Assembly (NCBI GenBank): GCA_905178155.1
Contig: CAJINV010000001.1
Location: 16,395,166 to 16,459,165 of the forward strand
Source of the DNA: Amoebophrya sp. A120
Lineage: Eukaryota > Protista > Dinoflagellata
Direction of reading: 5' to 3'
Length of the DNA: 64,000 bases
The stretch's first letter is position 1; the number at the start of each line of letters is the position of its first letter. Of this stretch, positions 13,547 through 26,791 are shown one piece after another. Made by a program: the position numbers and the translations under genes. The notes under the pieces are model-generated. The model did not search any database, had not been told where the DNA came from, and was given only the letters and a program-made list of their open reading frames with translations.

Positions 13547-16500
13547 ATGGCGGTGCAGCCCGCGGCGCACCTGAATCCGGACGTCTGCTTCGCAGTGCTC
13601 CATGAATGGGTGCGGCTGAGCATCGCCCCGAGCGCCACCTTTCAGCAGGTGAAGTCGGGAGAGCTGGCTCGCTACGTGTACAACCGACTTTCGGGGAAGA
13701 ACGCGGCTAGCCTGAAGGACTTGTGCTACGAGCTCGGTGACCAGGAAAATGTGCCGCGGGAAGCCGATTCCGAGGAGGAACGCAGTGCGAAAATCTTGCA
13801 GATTTGGAGCAACACGCTGAGCCTGGTGGTCACCGATTTCGACACGGAGGACGAGAAGTATTCCACCGAGGTACAGTCGTTGGACGACGAGAAACAGATC
13901 CTGTTGATGGACATGGTGGAGCCCTACCTCGAGAAGCAGGACGAGGAGAATCAAAATTACCAGGACGAGGAAAACGGAGATAACGAAATGGGAATACCGA
14001 TCCCACCACCAAAATTGCAGGCACAGGTGGTTCACACAAACACCTCCACGTCGACCACTGCTGTGGCAGACAACACGGGCAGGAATAATGGAAGAGAACC
14101 GGAGGACTTGCCCGACTTCGCGACTCCGGTGTCGGATTCCCACCGCATGCAGGTCTGCGGCGGTGCCGGGGTACTAGACAAAGAGATCAAAGCAACCGGC
14201 TTCTTTCGGGACGGCACAGAAGATCGCAAGAAGCAGCACGGCGGCGGGGGAGTGTTCAATCACGCCCCATTCGGTGATAATCAGGGAGCAGCAGGCTCTT
14301 GCCAGGACGAAGTCATGAGCGACCGCATTGGCGAGACCAATTTCGCAGGTCCGAGAACGTCTCCCAGAAGTAGGACGGCTACTTCCGGTTACAACAAGTT
14401 CCTCCAGCAACGCGACGAATTCGACGCCGGGCCACGAATGGCCGCCGGTGGCGTCCTTGTGGGAAATCAGCCGTCTGCTTCTTCGAAGTCCCCGCGAGCG
14501 CTTGTTCCCAGTCCGCATAGTACAAATTTGGCGACCGCGGAGGGCTCCGGATCCGCCACCGCACGGGAGCCGGCGCAGCAGCGGGCGAGCTTGAAGGAGA
14601 GGGACCTGCAAATCCAGTCGCTGCAAGCGGAGGTTGCGCGGCTAAAGAAGGACACCGCCGGGCGGACGCAAGCCGCCAACCTACTGATGGACGCGGAGTT
14701 TGACGGAGCCATTGAACGGCAGGAGCTAGCGCGCAATCTGCAGAGCGCCAAGGAAAAAATCAAATCCCTCGAGGACAAGTACATCGCCCTGGAAAAGGTG
14801 AACGCAACGCAGCTGGAAAAGCTGCAGGACCTTGACCGGCTGCGCGAAGTGGGCGAAGAAGCGGCTGCGAGCAAGAGAAAAGTGGAAAACTTGAACGCCA
14901 AGGTAGCGGAGCTCAATGCCGAAAGAGCGCAGTTTTTGACCGACCGACACAGGATTAAGCAGCTGGAAGTCGTATTGCATTGCTTTTTTCGTCGGCATTA
15001 ACTAGTGTTTGCATCAACGTTTAAGACTTGCATTTGGGGTGCTGAGCTTTCTCCTTCATAAAAAAGATCGAAATCAGCCACAAATAAAAGAGGATCTGAA
15101 CGCAATTGACATTGATAAACAGGAACTGCAAACGCTGTCGCAGGAGTATCAGAAGCTGCAGGAAAATGAAAAGATCGCGGACACCTTGCGGGAGAAAAAT
15201 GCTCATTCGCAGTCTACCGTCGCGCGATTGGAGGAACAGATACGGGCACTCGAGCAAAAGGCGAGAGACGCAGCGGAAGCGGCAGACCAAATGAAGCAGA
15301 TTAATGAGGAGACCACAGGAAGTACAAATAGAGCTCAATTTGTTACTTGTTGTTTCTTTTTTCGCATAGAAACGCAGCATCTCTAGCTTACGCGAACCTG
15401 AAGATGTCGTGTGAGCTTTCATATCACCTTGCAGAGACGCAGTGATGCTTTGTGAAAAATTTTCAAATTCGCCCTAGGTGTCCGCATGCTGCAATCAAGC
15501 AAGGAAGAGGAGTTGTTCGCCGCCGAAGGTCGGCGTCGCGAAGCCCTGGCGGAGCAGCGCGCGCGCTTCGAGGCGGACATCCGAAAGTTGGAGGAAAAAC
15601 TGAAGACCGTCGAGAAGGAGCACGCGGAGGAGGTGCAGCGCCTCGAGCAAAGCCACGTTGGGGAGCGGGACGCACTGAAGGACCATTTGGAAAAAAAGGA
15701 GAGTCTCATTCTCGAGCGGAAGCAGGCACTGTTGGACGCCGAAAACCACCATGCGCAGGAGATTCGGCGGCTGCAGACGGAACACCTGCAAGCTTGTGAT
15801 CGCCTTCGGAATGACCTAGGAAGAGACCAATCAAGCTCAGTAATTTTATACTCTTTGTTCCGCCGCACTGGCACACGTGCTTGAGAAACCTTATTTGTTC
15901 ACTAGTGTACTGTATTCTGTTTCTGCATCTGCTCTGTGAGTCTGACAACCGTTAACGTATCTCTTTCCCACAGGAAACGCGACTCCGCGAAGAGCTTGAA
16001 GAACGGCATGCGAAGGCGCTGAAGATCGCGGAGGACGGATTTGCGGCCGACCGTAGCCGTTTGGAAAAGCGCATAAAAGCCTTGGAGGAAAACATTGAAG
16101 CAGTCACAGCTGATCTGCAGGCCGAGCGGCGGAACCGAGCTCGCGAGGTGGACGAATTGCGCAATGAGGGCGACAAAAGCGAAAAGGAATTGATTGCGAC
16201 TTGGCAACAACGGGTTGACGATGCCAACCAGCGGCTGGAGAACGAGCAGGAGCGCATGCGGCAGGCGGAGAAAAACGTGGAACAGAAATGGAACGAACAA
16301 TGCATGAACCTGCGCAACCAGTACGCGCAGGATCTAGCAACCAATATAGCCGCGGCTCGCACGGAATGGGTGGAAAAAGAACGCAGCTTCAAGACGGAGG
16401 CGCAAGAAATTGTGGCCAAGGCCGAGGCCGAGTACCGGCGCTTGAAAGACGAAAACGAGAGGACTAAAGGTGAACTCACGGCGCAGCTGACAGCCGCGCT

Positions 16501-18256
16501 GGCGGAGGTGGAAAAAGTAAAACAGGAGCAGCACAACGAGCGCGACAAGCTGGTACTGAAACACCAACGCGATGCGCAAGATAATCGCAGTAAAGCGGAA
16601 GAAGTGCTCAAAGATCTAAAGGAGAGGCACCAAAAGGAGCTGGAAAGCCAGAAGAAGCAGCTAGAAAGCGAGCTGGGGAACCGGCAGCGCGTCGAAGTCG
16701 AGAAAGCCCGGGATGCTGAAAACGAAAAAATGCAAGACCTCCGGAAACAGCACGAAATCGATGTTGCCGAGCTGGTGGAAACAATTCAGGGTCTGCGCAC
16801 CCAGCTGACCGAGAAGGACCAGCGTCTCGTGCAAGCGGAGGTATTTCTGAACTTTTTTTCTGTTTTACTTTCTTTCAGTGCCTCGACTGCCCACACCAAA
16901 AGATTTAGATTGAAGTCGATCACTATGACTGATGGCATACATCTTTGCGCGAGTGAATTGAACCTGAAAGTAGAAACAAGAACTTACAAAACAGAAAGAG
17001 CATGCAGAGACGCGGAATTCGTTGGAGTTGCAGCAGAGCGAGGCGAGCAACAGTGCGTTTACCACGCTGCGAAGCAAGTGCGACTCTCTGAAAGAGGAGC
17101 TGAGTCAGAAGAAGGACGAAAACGCGCAACTCCAGCTGGATAACGAGGAGGCCAATCTGAAACTGAAGTGCGTCATGGAAACTAGTCAGAAGGAGAAGCA
17201 GCAGCTTCTAGCGGAAAGGGAGGACCTGGCGAGCAGACTCGCACACGCCGACGAGAAGGTTCTCCAGACCGAGGCACGGTGCCGACTGCAGCGGGAGCAG
17301 GCGCACGCGGCGAAGCACGGCATTCAAAGCATGCAGGTGTTGGACACGCTGCGCGGCCGGCAGCTCGCGGAGGCGCAAAGTGGCGCCACGGACTGGCAGG
17401 AAAAGTATCGAACCCTGCATGAGGCCTTTAAGGAGCTGTCCACTGCGTTCGAGCAAGACAAGGCCGCGCGGGAACGGCCTGCTCAGTTGGGCGACGTGGC
17501 TGCCATCAACCACGACCTGCTCGAGGAAAACATTCGGCTGAAAAAAGAAAAGAAAGATGTGGTATCGAGTGTTTTGGAAACGTGATGCGATTCACCTATT
17601 TTTCGTGGCTTCTAGTACCTTTTGATGCTTCGAAATTTTGCAACTTACACAAGACCTGGATTCCGAACCTCCGCAGCAGAAGTTTTCGAGTTTTTTGTTG
17701 CCCAAAAAATCTTCAGCTTGTGCGGCACGCCGCGCAGCTCCGGTCCCTTGGCGTGGCAGCGACAACAACTCCCGCGAGCGGAGCGAACACGCAGCTCCTT
17801 GAGGAACCGGACGACAAAACAAACCCAGCCGCCATGGATTGCGACGTTGCGGCGACCGGCTCTGCACCTGAAGGCACTTCTTCCGCTGCTCCGCGTGGTC
17901 GCAGTACTGCTGCGTCTAAAAATCTTCCCGGAAGTAGTGGATCTTCGTCCAGCGCCGGCGGAACTGGTTCCATCCTCAAAACAAACAAGGTCGTCGCGCT
18001 TTCCTCGAACACCGGCGGCGCGGACCTGCAAGAGCGAGAAATAAACAGCCACCAATACGAGTTCGAGCAGAAGGACGTGCCGAAGGTTTTGGAAGAGAAA
18101 AACTCACATAACGATATGCTCGGCTATCCGCCACGCGGCCTTCCGGTCAAGCGCGAACTCGGGGCTCACGAACGCACCGACAGTGCAGAAAAGAGGATGA
18201 AAATGACCACCGGTGCGCACAAAGAGGATGGCCAAGGACAGTGCGCGCAGCAATGA
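13547..18256 (+). CDS. long coiled-coil protein with HOOK-like N-terminal domain and C-terminal CaaX (QCAQQ)
   Basis: Six ORF segments joined by GT-AG introns near 14972, 15322, 15840, 16841 and 17562. N-terminal KYSTEVQSLDDEKQILLMDMVE resembles the end of the HOOK domain. Ends KRMK...GQCAQQ*. Confidence 0.7.
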
Positions 18257-19688
18257 CTCCTTATTCATTATCCTTTCTTCTTACCACCAAAAGTTATGCA
18301 AACTCTTACATAGACTTTACTTTTCGTTGAGAACCAAAAATGTCTTGTAATCAAAAAGCTCAAATTGATTATTCTTGTTTTTCCGAAATTGTAATTACGT
18401 GCTTCTAGAATTTAACTCAATCGTAGTCTCTCTTGTGATCATTCTAGTAAGTCTATGTTTCTGGAGTTGGTTGCTGCAGCGGACGGCCTGTCTGCCAGCA
18501 GCACTCTCCAAGCTGCAAATTTAGGTATCATTTTCTTGTTCCAAAATCAACTAAACTAAAACCTCAACGTTACTTTACTCATTAAACATTGTCAGCTTAC
18601 GCCTGCCCGGTGTTAAGACCCAAAAATCAATCTAATCGCGTGTTGCAAGACTTTAATCACCATCGCATTGGTGGCCATTGGTACGTTTATTCGCGCAGAC
18701 ATTTTGAGTGCTCCGACCCTCCGGTACGCAGGAGGACATGCAGTATTTGCAATCGTAGATGTTGGCTTACGTAGTAGCAATCGAATCTTCTGGTTGACGT
18801 CTTCAGCGCCGTATTGTAAAGAAAAATAAGGACCAGTGAATCAATTAGCGCAGTAAAGACGAAAAAGCAACTGTTTGCATTGAAATGATTCTGTTCGCAC
18901 AGAGATCCGCATGTTATTTTTCTTCGGATCACTCAAAGCGAAGGCGAACACGCTTTCGCTACTGCAGATGCAAGCTGGGGATCACGAAGTGAGTACAGTC
19001 TTGCTTGACCACAATATTAAGTTGCTGCGCGATCATTCTGTATAACACAGAGAATCTCAATCTTCCAACTCTAATGCCTTCCTTCCTTCTTAATTCTTCT
19101 CTGCTTTTCGTTCTGCATAGCAAGCTCCATTCCACAGGCAGTTTCTTACGTGCAAGGAAAACGCGATGTTTTAGATTTCTAAAAGCGATGTAGTATTTTT
19201 GTTTTTGTTTACTTCAAATGCAATTAAGATCGATCTGCACCCTGTCGGCAAACGGGGTGCAGGTTTAGGCCGGTGCTTAAGGCGATAGGTGAAGACGTAC
19301 ACCACCAGCAGACCGCAAGAGCCCAAACATGAAAAAACTCGCTCTCATTTTCGCTTATGCTTTTTCCTATGCAAATCTGTCACGCTATCTTGCCTCTCTG
19401 CACACAACTGACATCTCTTGCTTCTCGCTCTTGCCCTTTTTCACAATCACTTCCCGTTCCATTCCACAGGCCGAAGTTCATGAGCAAGGAGTTTTGATCT
19501 AAAAGCCGTATCAGATATAGATTAGCTATGTTTTTGTTGTTGTTTTAGTTTACTTCATATGCAGAATTGATGTATTTCTATCAAATCTCTATTCCAACTC
19601 TAAGTCGGATCCATTCAAATTTATGTTGTCGTGTAACCCTTTATTTGACTTCGGTGAGAAACATTACTAACGTTGACTTACGACTCCC

Positions 19689-22600
19689 ATGATGCCGTCG
19701 TCTTCCTCGTCATCGTCCTCAGCCCTCATGAAGCGGCCACGCCCCCAATTCAATGACATATTTTCCGACCCATTCTTCAACGACGAGACTGCGGGCGCAC
19801 CCAAGCGACACAAAACCATCGGGGAACAGCTTCGCCGCCCCGAGCGGTGGATTTTCCCGGGAAGAAGGGACCCGCGCGTGGAAACCGAAAAGGGCAGCCA
19901 CGACTTCGAAGCAGCCCGGGATGGTTATCATGCGAGTGATGCCAAGGGAGAAGTGCTCGCGCGCTACGGTTTCAACCTCGCGCTACGATGCCACCCGCAT
20001 CCCTGCGCCATCTCGGAGACCCGCACCACGCACGTGGCGATTCCGGAGGACTTCGAGCTGCGTGTCCCTCGGGAATTGATGGAGCGCGGGGTTTTGTCGT
20101 CCACACAGATCGAGACCATCACCCTAGCGGCGCTACGGACGGCGGACGTAAAGGCGCCCGCGAGCACTGCTGTCGTGCTGTCCAACGGGAGCGACGCGGG
20201 CAATAAAGTTATGGTTTGTGTGATGAGGAGGCAACACGGGCCTAGCGAAGCGGCCCGGGGTGCCGAGGAGGGAACACAAAGCGGATTTTTATATAAATAG
20301 TATGCTCTGCCTCCGTCTGTCGCCACGGTCCCGGGAAGACCTTAAACTCGAGGCCATTCAGTTCACATTTTCAAGCTTTCATCTAGGCCTGCTGCCGTTT
20401 CGACACTCTTCACTTCAATCTTTCAGCTCGTCCAGCCTGGCTGGCCAACAATGTACCGCCCGTTTTCATGGCTGGCCAATGTACTGGCTGGTATCGGTTT
20501 CTGCCCGTTTTTCAGGGTATCAGTTTCTGCCCGTTTCAGGGTATCAGCTCCTGCCCGTTTCAGGGTGTCAGTTTCTGCCCGTTTCAGGGTATCAGTTTGT
20601 TTCTGCCCGTTGCAGGGCATCATTTTGTTTCTGCCCGTTATCAGGGTATCAGTTTCTGCCCGTTTCCGGGTATCAGTTTCTGCCCGTTTCAGGGTGTCAG
20701 TTTCTGCCCGTTTCAGGGTATCAGTTTGTTTCTGCCCGTTGCAGGGCATCAGCTTGTTTCTGCCCGTTTCAGGGTGTGAGTTTCTACCCGTTTCGGGGTA
20801 TCAGTTTCTGCCCGTTTCAGGGTGTCAGTTCCTGCCCGTTTCAGGGTATCAGTTTGCTTTTGCCCGTTGCAGGGCATCAGTATGTTTCTACCCGTTTCAG
20901 GGTATGAGTTTTCTACCCTTTTCAGGGCATTAGTTTGTTTTTGCCCGTTTCAGGGTATCAGTTTCATCTGCCCTTTTCAGGGTATAGACTTCTGCCTGCT
21001 TCAGGGTTATCACTCAGTTTCCGCTCGTCTCAGGGACCGACCTCTGCCCATTTCAGGGTATTGGCTTGTGCTCGCGTGAGGATATCTTTTTCGGCCCGTT
21101 TCTGGGGCCAGTTTTCTGCCCGAGTCAGGGTATCGTATCGGGCTTCTGTTCATCTTGTCGGGCTTGGGGAGCGCCTTCTGTTCATCTTGTCGGGCTTGCA
21201 GTAGCCGCACACAAATGCGCTACGTCTTTCAATGCCTTCCGAAGCCCCTTGCGATTGCTGACGCTGGCCTGCTGCTAGTCTGTAAATGTATCAATGGTCA
21301 AACTACCCCCCCTGCGGGCGTCTGAACTCGAGCCATTGGCAAGGCTCTACGGTACGAGTCTGCTTGCGTCTGCTCACCAGGCAGTATGAAAGACGCCTGG
21401 CGGATTCTCTTCACGTTCGATACTCGTCACGACGCCGGCCTCTGTGTGGGTCCTGTGTTTGCTGCTGCGGCACAAATACGGCGACCACCATTGGATGGTG
21501 TAGTGACAGCTCGTTCGCATTCCTCGTCTGCGCCGGCCTCAACATTTTCCACGCGGATCGTGTTGCGCAGCGAAGGTTTTTGCAGCATAGTGCAACACCT
21601 GCGCACTACATTTTGTTTCGTGTGGCCTGGGCTGTTCGATACTTTTGCCCTGAGGTTTTGAAGTTTCTTGCTTCGTGCCTGGTTCTATTGCCGTTGGTGG
21701 GCCTCGCTGCGGGCGCTTGCATCTAGTTGATGACCTTCGCGGAAATTGGGTATCTGCACCGTCTTGCCTGTTGATGTAGCGCCTGTGCGCCGTCTCTTGG
21801 AGGCCTGTTACCGACAGCATTCTTGTTGCTGTTCGTTCTATCACATTTCCTTTGGGTGTGTTTTTTTTTTTCAAGTTGTTAATGCTAGCATTCGCACACC
21901 CGTACCTGCGCTGACGCTGACCGAGGGCTTTATACACGTAGCCCGCGTCTGGTCCTGAAAAGCCCCTGTGGGTATTTCTGTCTCTCCCGTCGCCTGTGTG
22001 CAGATCATCAAATGGTCTTTCCTACCTTCATCTAGTGTCACACGGCTGCGGATGCGCTTGCCGCTTACCTGCTCCAGAGCCTGTTTCTCTTGTAAATTCT
22101 TTGGAAAGTTCCGTAGTGCGCGACGGGCCCTCAAATCTATTCCTCTTTTCTTTTTCTTTGTGCTTCTGTTGCTCCGTATTAAAGCGAAGTGATGCTTCTT
22201 TACTGCTATACATGTCGCAACCCGCGCTGTGGGCGCTCTTCGCTTTCATACTGCGCAACCTCGCACCAACGGGCCTCTCTTGCTCCGCCATCGGGGTTGT
22301 CAGCTTTTTCGGTCTGGCGACCCGCGTTCGCTAGCTCGGCCCGTTGTTGTCTCCGACAGATTATGTTATAAAGGCGCCCGCGAGCACTGCTGTCGTGCTG
22401 TCCAACGGGAGCGACGCGGGCAATAAACAAGTGGGTAAGCACAAGGGGCCGCTACAGATACAGCAAAAGTTACCTGCGACCGACACCCCGCGAGACAAAA
22501 ACTACACCAAAGGCTTTTTAATTGGCGAGGGCACGGGCTGCGGTAAAGGCCGCATGATTGTCGGAGTGATGCTGCACTACTGGAATCACGGACACCGGAG

Positions 22601-25600
22601 GCACGTGTGGGTCAGCAAGAACCTGCCACTGTACCAGGACGCGCTTCGGGACATGAAAGACATGCAGGCCCCGGAGCAAATGCGATTGATCCCAGCGGCC
22701 GAGTTCCGACGCATCCAGCGTAATCATGACTGTGGCGATGGTGTGGTGTTTGTGAGTTACCAATGGCTCACGAAGAAGGACAACAAGGTACTCCTTTCTG
22801 AATGGTTCAACAGGAATCACAGGCACTCCGGCGGAGCTAGTGCGAAGGGGGCGCAGTCCAACCAGCCGTCTTCAAAAGCAGCTTCCGGGAGCTCCTTGCT
22901 CGACCCTTCGAAAGGCGCCCGGGAAACGATACTTCCCTCGCAAGACGAACAAGGAACTTTTTTTGGCCGCGGCGTCCTCGCCTTTGATGAGGGTCACGCA
23001 GCGAAAAACTTACGCCTTCAATACCTGGGAACAAGCGAGATAGACGAGTTGCGGAGTTCGAAGAATGGTACGGATTTCTGTCGCTGAAAAGCTCCTTTGA
23101 CGAGGACACGAAAACCAAATTATTTTTTGTACGCGTATGATTCAACGACGACATGCATGATAATGCTTCATAATCATTTTCCCTAAGGTATTGCGGTGTA
23201 CGAAATCCAGATGTCTCTGCTGCAGGGCGCGCGGGTGTTATACGTGTCTGCAACGGCAGCGACAGAGGTGCATGATCTGGCCTACATGCCGCGACTCGGG
23301 GCCTGGGACAACGCAGGCTTCAACACGTTGACCAACCTGCTCGACGGCCAGGGCCTGCCGGCGATGCAAGCGTTGAACTGGCAGCTTCGTGCGAGCGGCG
23401 CGGCGAGCTTCCGTCGGCTCAGCCTGGATGGAATTAACTTCGACCTCGTTGGCGCCGACGGGGCAGCGGGAACCACCTTGTCGAGAGAGTTGTATGGCAA
23501 GTGCGTGACCCTGATCGAAGACACCTGGAGCCTGTTTCTGCTGTTTTTCCAGGCGAATTCCGAGGCGTACGTGGCTAAGGCCATGCACCGCAACCCGATG
23601 CGGTTCCGGTTGCTGAAGGAGGGCTTTGCGGAGGTGCTGCTGACGGAGTACAAGGCGATGTGGGCCGGCTGCAAGCAACGGTTCTGGAAGCAGTTCGTCG
23701 TGTGCGACAAGCTGCCCACCGCGGTTGCCCTGGCAAAGAGGCTGCTTGCGGAAAAGAAGCAGGTGGTCATTTCCCTGTGGGCCACGGGGGAGGCCGCCGC
23801 TGAAACGGCGCGACAGCTGCTAGCGTCGTCTTCCTCGGGGGAGGGAGGCGCAACCGAAGACGAGGTAGATGACGACGCAGCTTCTTCGCGGCCCAGTCTA
23901 CCCGCCGATGACGAGGAGGACGACGGGTTTCTGGAGGCTTTTCAAGACCCCACCCGACCCTTTTCTCTCTGCGAGGCCGCGATGTGCAACTTTCTGCGCA
24001 ACCATTGCTTCGATTCCTTCGATTTGGAAACGGGAGAGTCCGGGTTGATAAACGAGCAAAACGTCCGGAGTCAGAAGGACCTGATGGAAAGGTGGCGGGC
24101 CTTACAGCTTCCGCAGAACGCACTGGACCAGATCGTCAACGAGTTCGGTCCCGACAATATAGCGGAAATCTCTGGTCGCCGGCGGCGCTTCATCAAGCAA
24201 CTCGACGCGGATGGGGAGAGGATTGTGTACAGGCGCGAAGAGCGCGCCGCTCCTGACCAAGCAAACCTTAGCGGCATTAAGGAATTCCAGGATGGCACGA
24301 GGAAAATCGCAACTATCACGGATGCCGGCTCCACGGGTGTCTCTTTGCACGCAGCGGGCCGAGATGCCGCTCCGCGACACATGATCATTCTCGAATTTCC
24401 CTGGGCGGCCGATAAGTTTACGCAACAAATCGGACGCATTCACCGCTCTGGCCAGAATAGGCTGCCGTCGTACACGCTGGTGAAGTCGCAGTACGCTATC
24501 GTGGATGCGCGGTTCGTTTCGGCGCTCGCGCGGCGGGCAAAGTCGCTGGGAGCCATCACGAGGGGACAAACTGAATTCGGTCCGTCCAAGCTGGATGCGC
24601 TGCTGGAGGAGAACAACTTTGCACACGAATTTGGCGAACGCGCGGTAGAGAAGTTGGTTGAGGAGCTAAAAGGCACGTACCCGGATATGAAGCAGTCCTG
24701 CGACGTGAGATCCAAGCCGGGAAATAGGGCGAGAAGCAGGGTGACCCGATTTTTCAACATGTTGCCCTCCTACCCACTCACGGAACAGGAGGAAATTTAT
24801 CAGCGCTTTCTGGCGATCCTGGCATCGCTCGAGTCCGCCCCGATGCTGAACCACGACGGCACAAAAACGCTCACGTCGCCGAAGAAATGCAAAAACCAAG
24901 TTGCGGATCTATCACCCCCGCGGCCACTGGCTGCGGCCCAGAGCAGCAGCAGTGGCGAGAGTGACCTAGAAAAGGTCCGCGCAGATCTTGCGAAAAAGAG
25001 CAAGGGCGTCCTGAAAATTAAACGACGGGAAAGAGTGGCAGAGGAACTTGCTCCATTAAGCTATGTCGCTTCAGTAGTTTGCGATGAACCCCTGCTGGAA
25101 CAAGCGCCGGACTTCAAACTTGGGGGAGAACACGCCCAACAACCCGCAGAGAAGAACCCGTCCCCTGTCACACCTCCAAATAAGCCTGATGCTGCGGCCG
25201 CGCCGTCACAACTTCGCGCACCGGATCTCAGTGCGTTGATCCAGGGTGCCACGACCATTTTTACAAAAAGTGACGCGCCACACGCCTACTGGTCTGAAAG
25301 CAAGAATAACGAGACCGGGGCGACGGTGTACGAGGCAAAGTTGCTCTGCGGCTGTTTTCTTCCATTTTTCGTCGACATCTACCGCGCCCTCTGCGAAATC
25401 CCGAATTTTGAAGTGCGGTATTGCCGCTTTCGCGACACGGTCACCACCGGCGCCACGCACTGCTACGAGTACGGACTTCTGCTGCCCACCTCGTGGACCC
25501 TGGATACGGTACGAGGCGTGATGGAAACCGCAAAGAGCCGGAAGACGGGCGTGGTCGAGGAGAAGTTGGCGGGCACGCGGGCGCACCGCGCCCGGATGGA

Positions 25601-26246
25601 CGGCGACCAGAAGCAACTGCTCTCCGCAGAGCTGGACGGCATCAAGCAGGCCGGGGGTCTATTCATTGAAGAGGACTTAGTTGAGATTCTGGAGGCGGAC
25701 GGAAAAACAGTGGACTCTGCGTACGTGGGGATAACCTGCAAGGTCGTGCAGGGATCTACGCCCGGGAACTGGAGCAGTCCGATCAAGGTGCGGATTGGGA
25801 ACCTGAGCGCCGATGGCTCGGTGCCGATGGCGGTGGACAAATCGCCAAAGATGCTGCGACTCTGCAGGAACGGCTTTGGCGAGAGGCTCGGGACAAGAGC
25901 AGCTGCCGCCGGTGGGAATGGCCTTACTGCCAAACAGCCGGATTTTGTGGCGAAGGCGCCGCGCGGAGTGAGTGCGGTGCTGTTCACTCCGCTGAACGTG
26001 CGCTTCTTCCGTGTGGTGCAAACGCTTTGCTACAGGGAGCAAGACCTGAAAAACAACCCACCCGTGATAACGAACCAAATCTGGAAGCAGCTGATGGAGT
26101 CTGATCAGTACTTTGAAGGCCGCACCGCGGACCAGATGCGACAGACGTGGCGGACAATCTCCAAGATAGAGGCAAAAACGAATAATTGGGAAAAATTTTG
26201 TCTGCAGAAATCCAGACCTGGACTGAAGGCCAGTATCAAAACGTGA
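19689..26246 (+). CDS. SBNO: strawberry notch (SBNO) family SF2 helicase-like protein, interrupted by a 2.2-kb insertion
   Basis: LSSTQIETITLA, GFLIGEGTGCGKGR (Walker A), DEGHAAKN, ARVLYVSATAATE, IAEISGR, DAGSTGVSLHA, LEFPWAADKFTQQIGRIHRSGQ. Confidence 0.9.
20208..22368. mobile_element. 2161-bp non-coding insertion flanked by a 59-bp duplication of SBNO coding sequence
   Basis: Identical 59-bp direct repeat at 20149-20207 and 22369-22427. Imperfect subterminal IR (GGAGGCAACACGGGCCTAGCGAAGCGG vs reverse complement GGAGACAACAACGGGCCGAGCTAGCGAACGCGG). Right end ...TATGTTA. Confidence 0.85.
20498..21060. repeat. 24/28-bp minisatellite with ~128-bp higher-order repeat
   Basis: About 20+ copies of TTTCTGCCCGTTTCAGGGTATCAG. 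The GTTGCAGGGCATC variant recurs at ~20609, 20738 and 20866. Confidence 0.95.
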
Positions 26247-26791
26247 GCGGCGAGAGCAATTACTTCTACGAAGATTTTTCGCTAGAAGACGCGACATTGA
26301 AGTACAGATCCATCGTACTTAAACAAGACTGCTAGAGAAAACATGAAATTCAAGTCTCTCGTGATGCATCAAAGTTCTTCATCGCTGTCACCAAGATAAG
26401 TGGCTGCACTACCGTTTTCCCCGCGACAAACAGCATGACGCAAATCAATTTCATATCATCGTGCCACGAACTGACACTACCACAAATTTTTCACTGCGTT
26501 TAAGCTGCGTTCCTCGGATCGCCGTGTGAGTATACCAACGATACTCCGCTTGGTTAATCAAGCGGACAAGTCTTCGTCACAACCCATTTTACGCGGAGTG
26601 CTGACAGAAAGAATTCTCTGTCGCTTTTTGCGGCGCTGTGGTGGTGTCGTCACGAGAGAAATCTGGTGTAGCCAGTATGACGAGATACGAGTCGTGAGGA
26701 CGTGTGTAACACAACCTTTTCTACTGTCCCTTGCAGAGATATGAAGAGCTCATTAGCCGTCATTAATCATTCCAAAACTAGTACACACAAG

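Noticed and set aside
20260-21204. ORFs with FLPVSGYQ / RFRVSVSA repeats
   Set aside because: They arise in several frames from a 24-bp minisatellite; no coding evidence.
21326-21354. SL-like ACCGTAG...TGGCTCGAG on the minus strand in the SBNO insertion
   Set aside because: Gapped match, no GT donor and no 32-nt/TTTT or upstream box.
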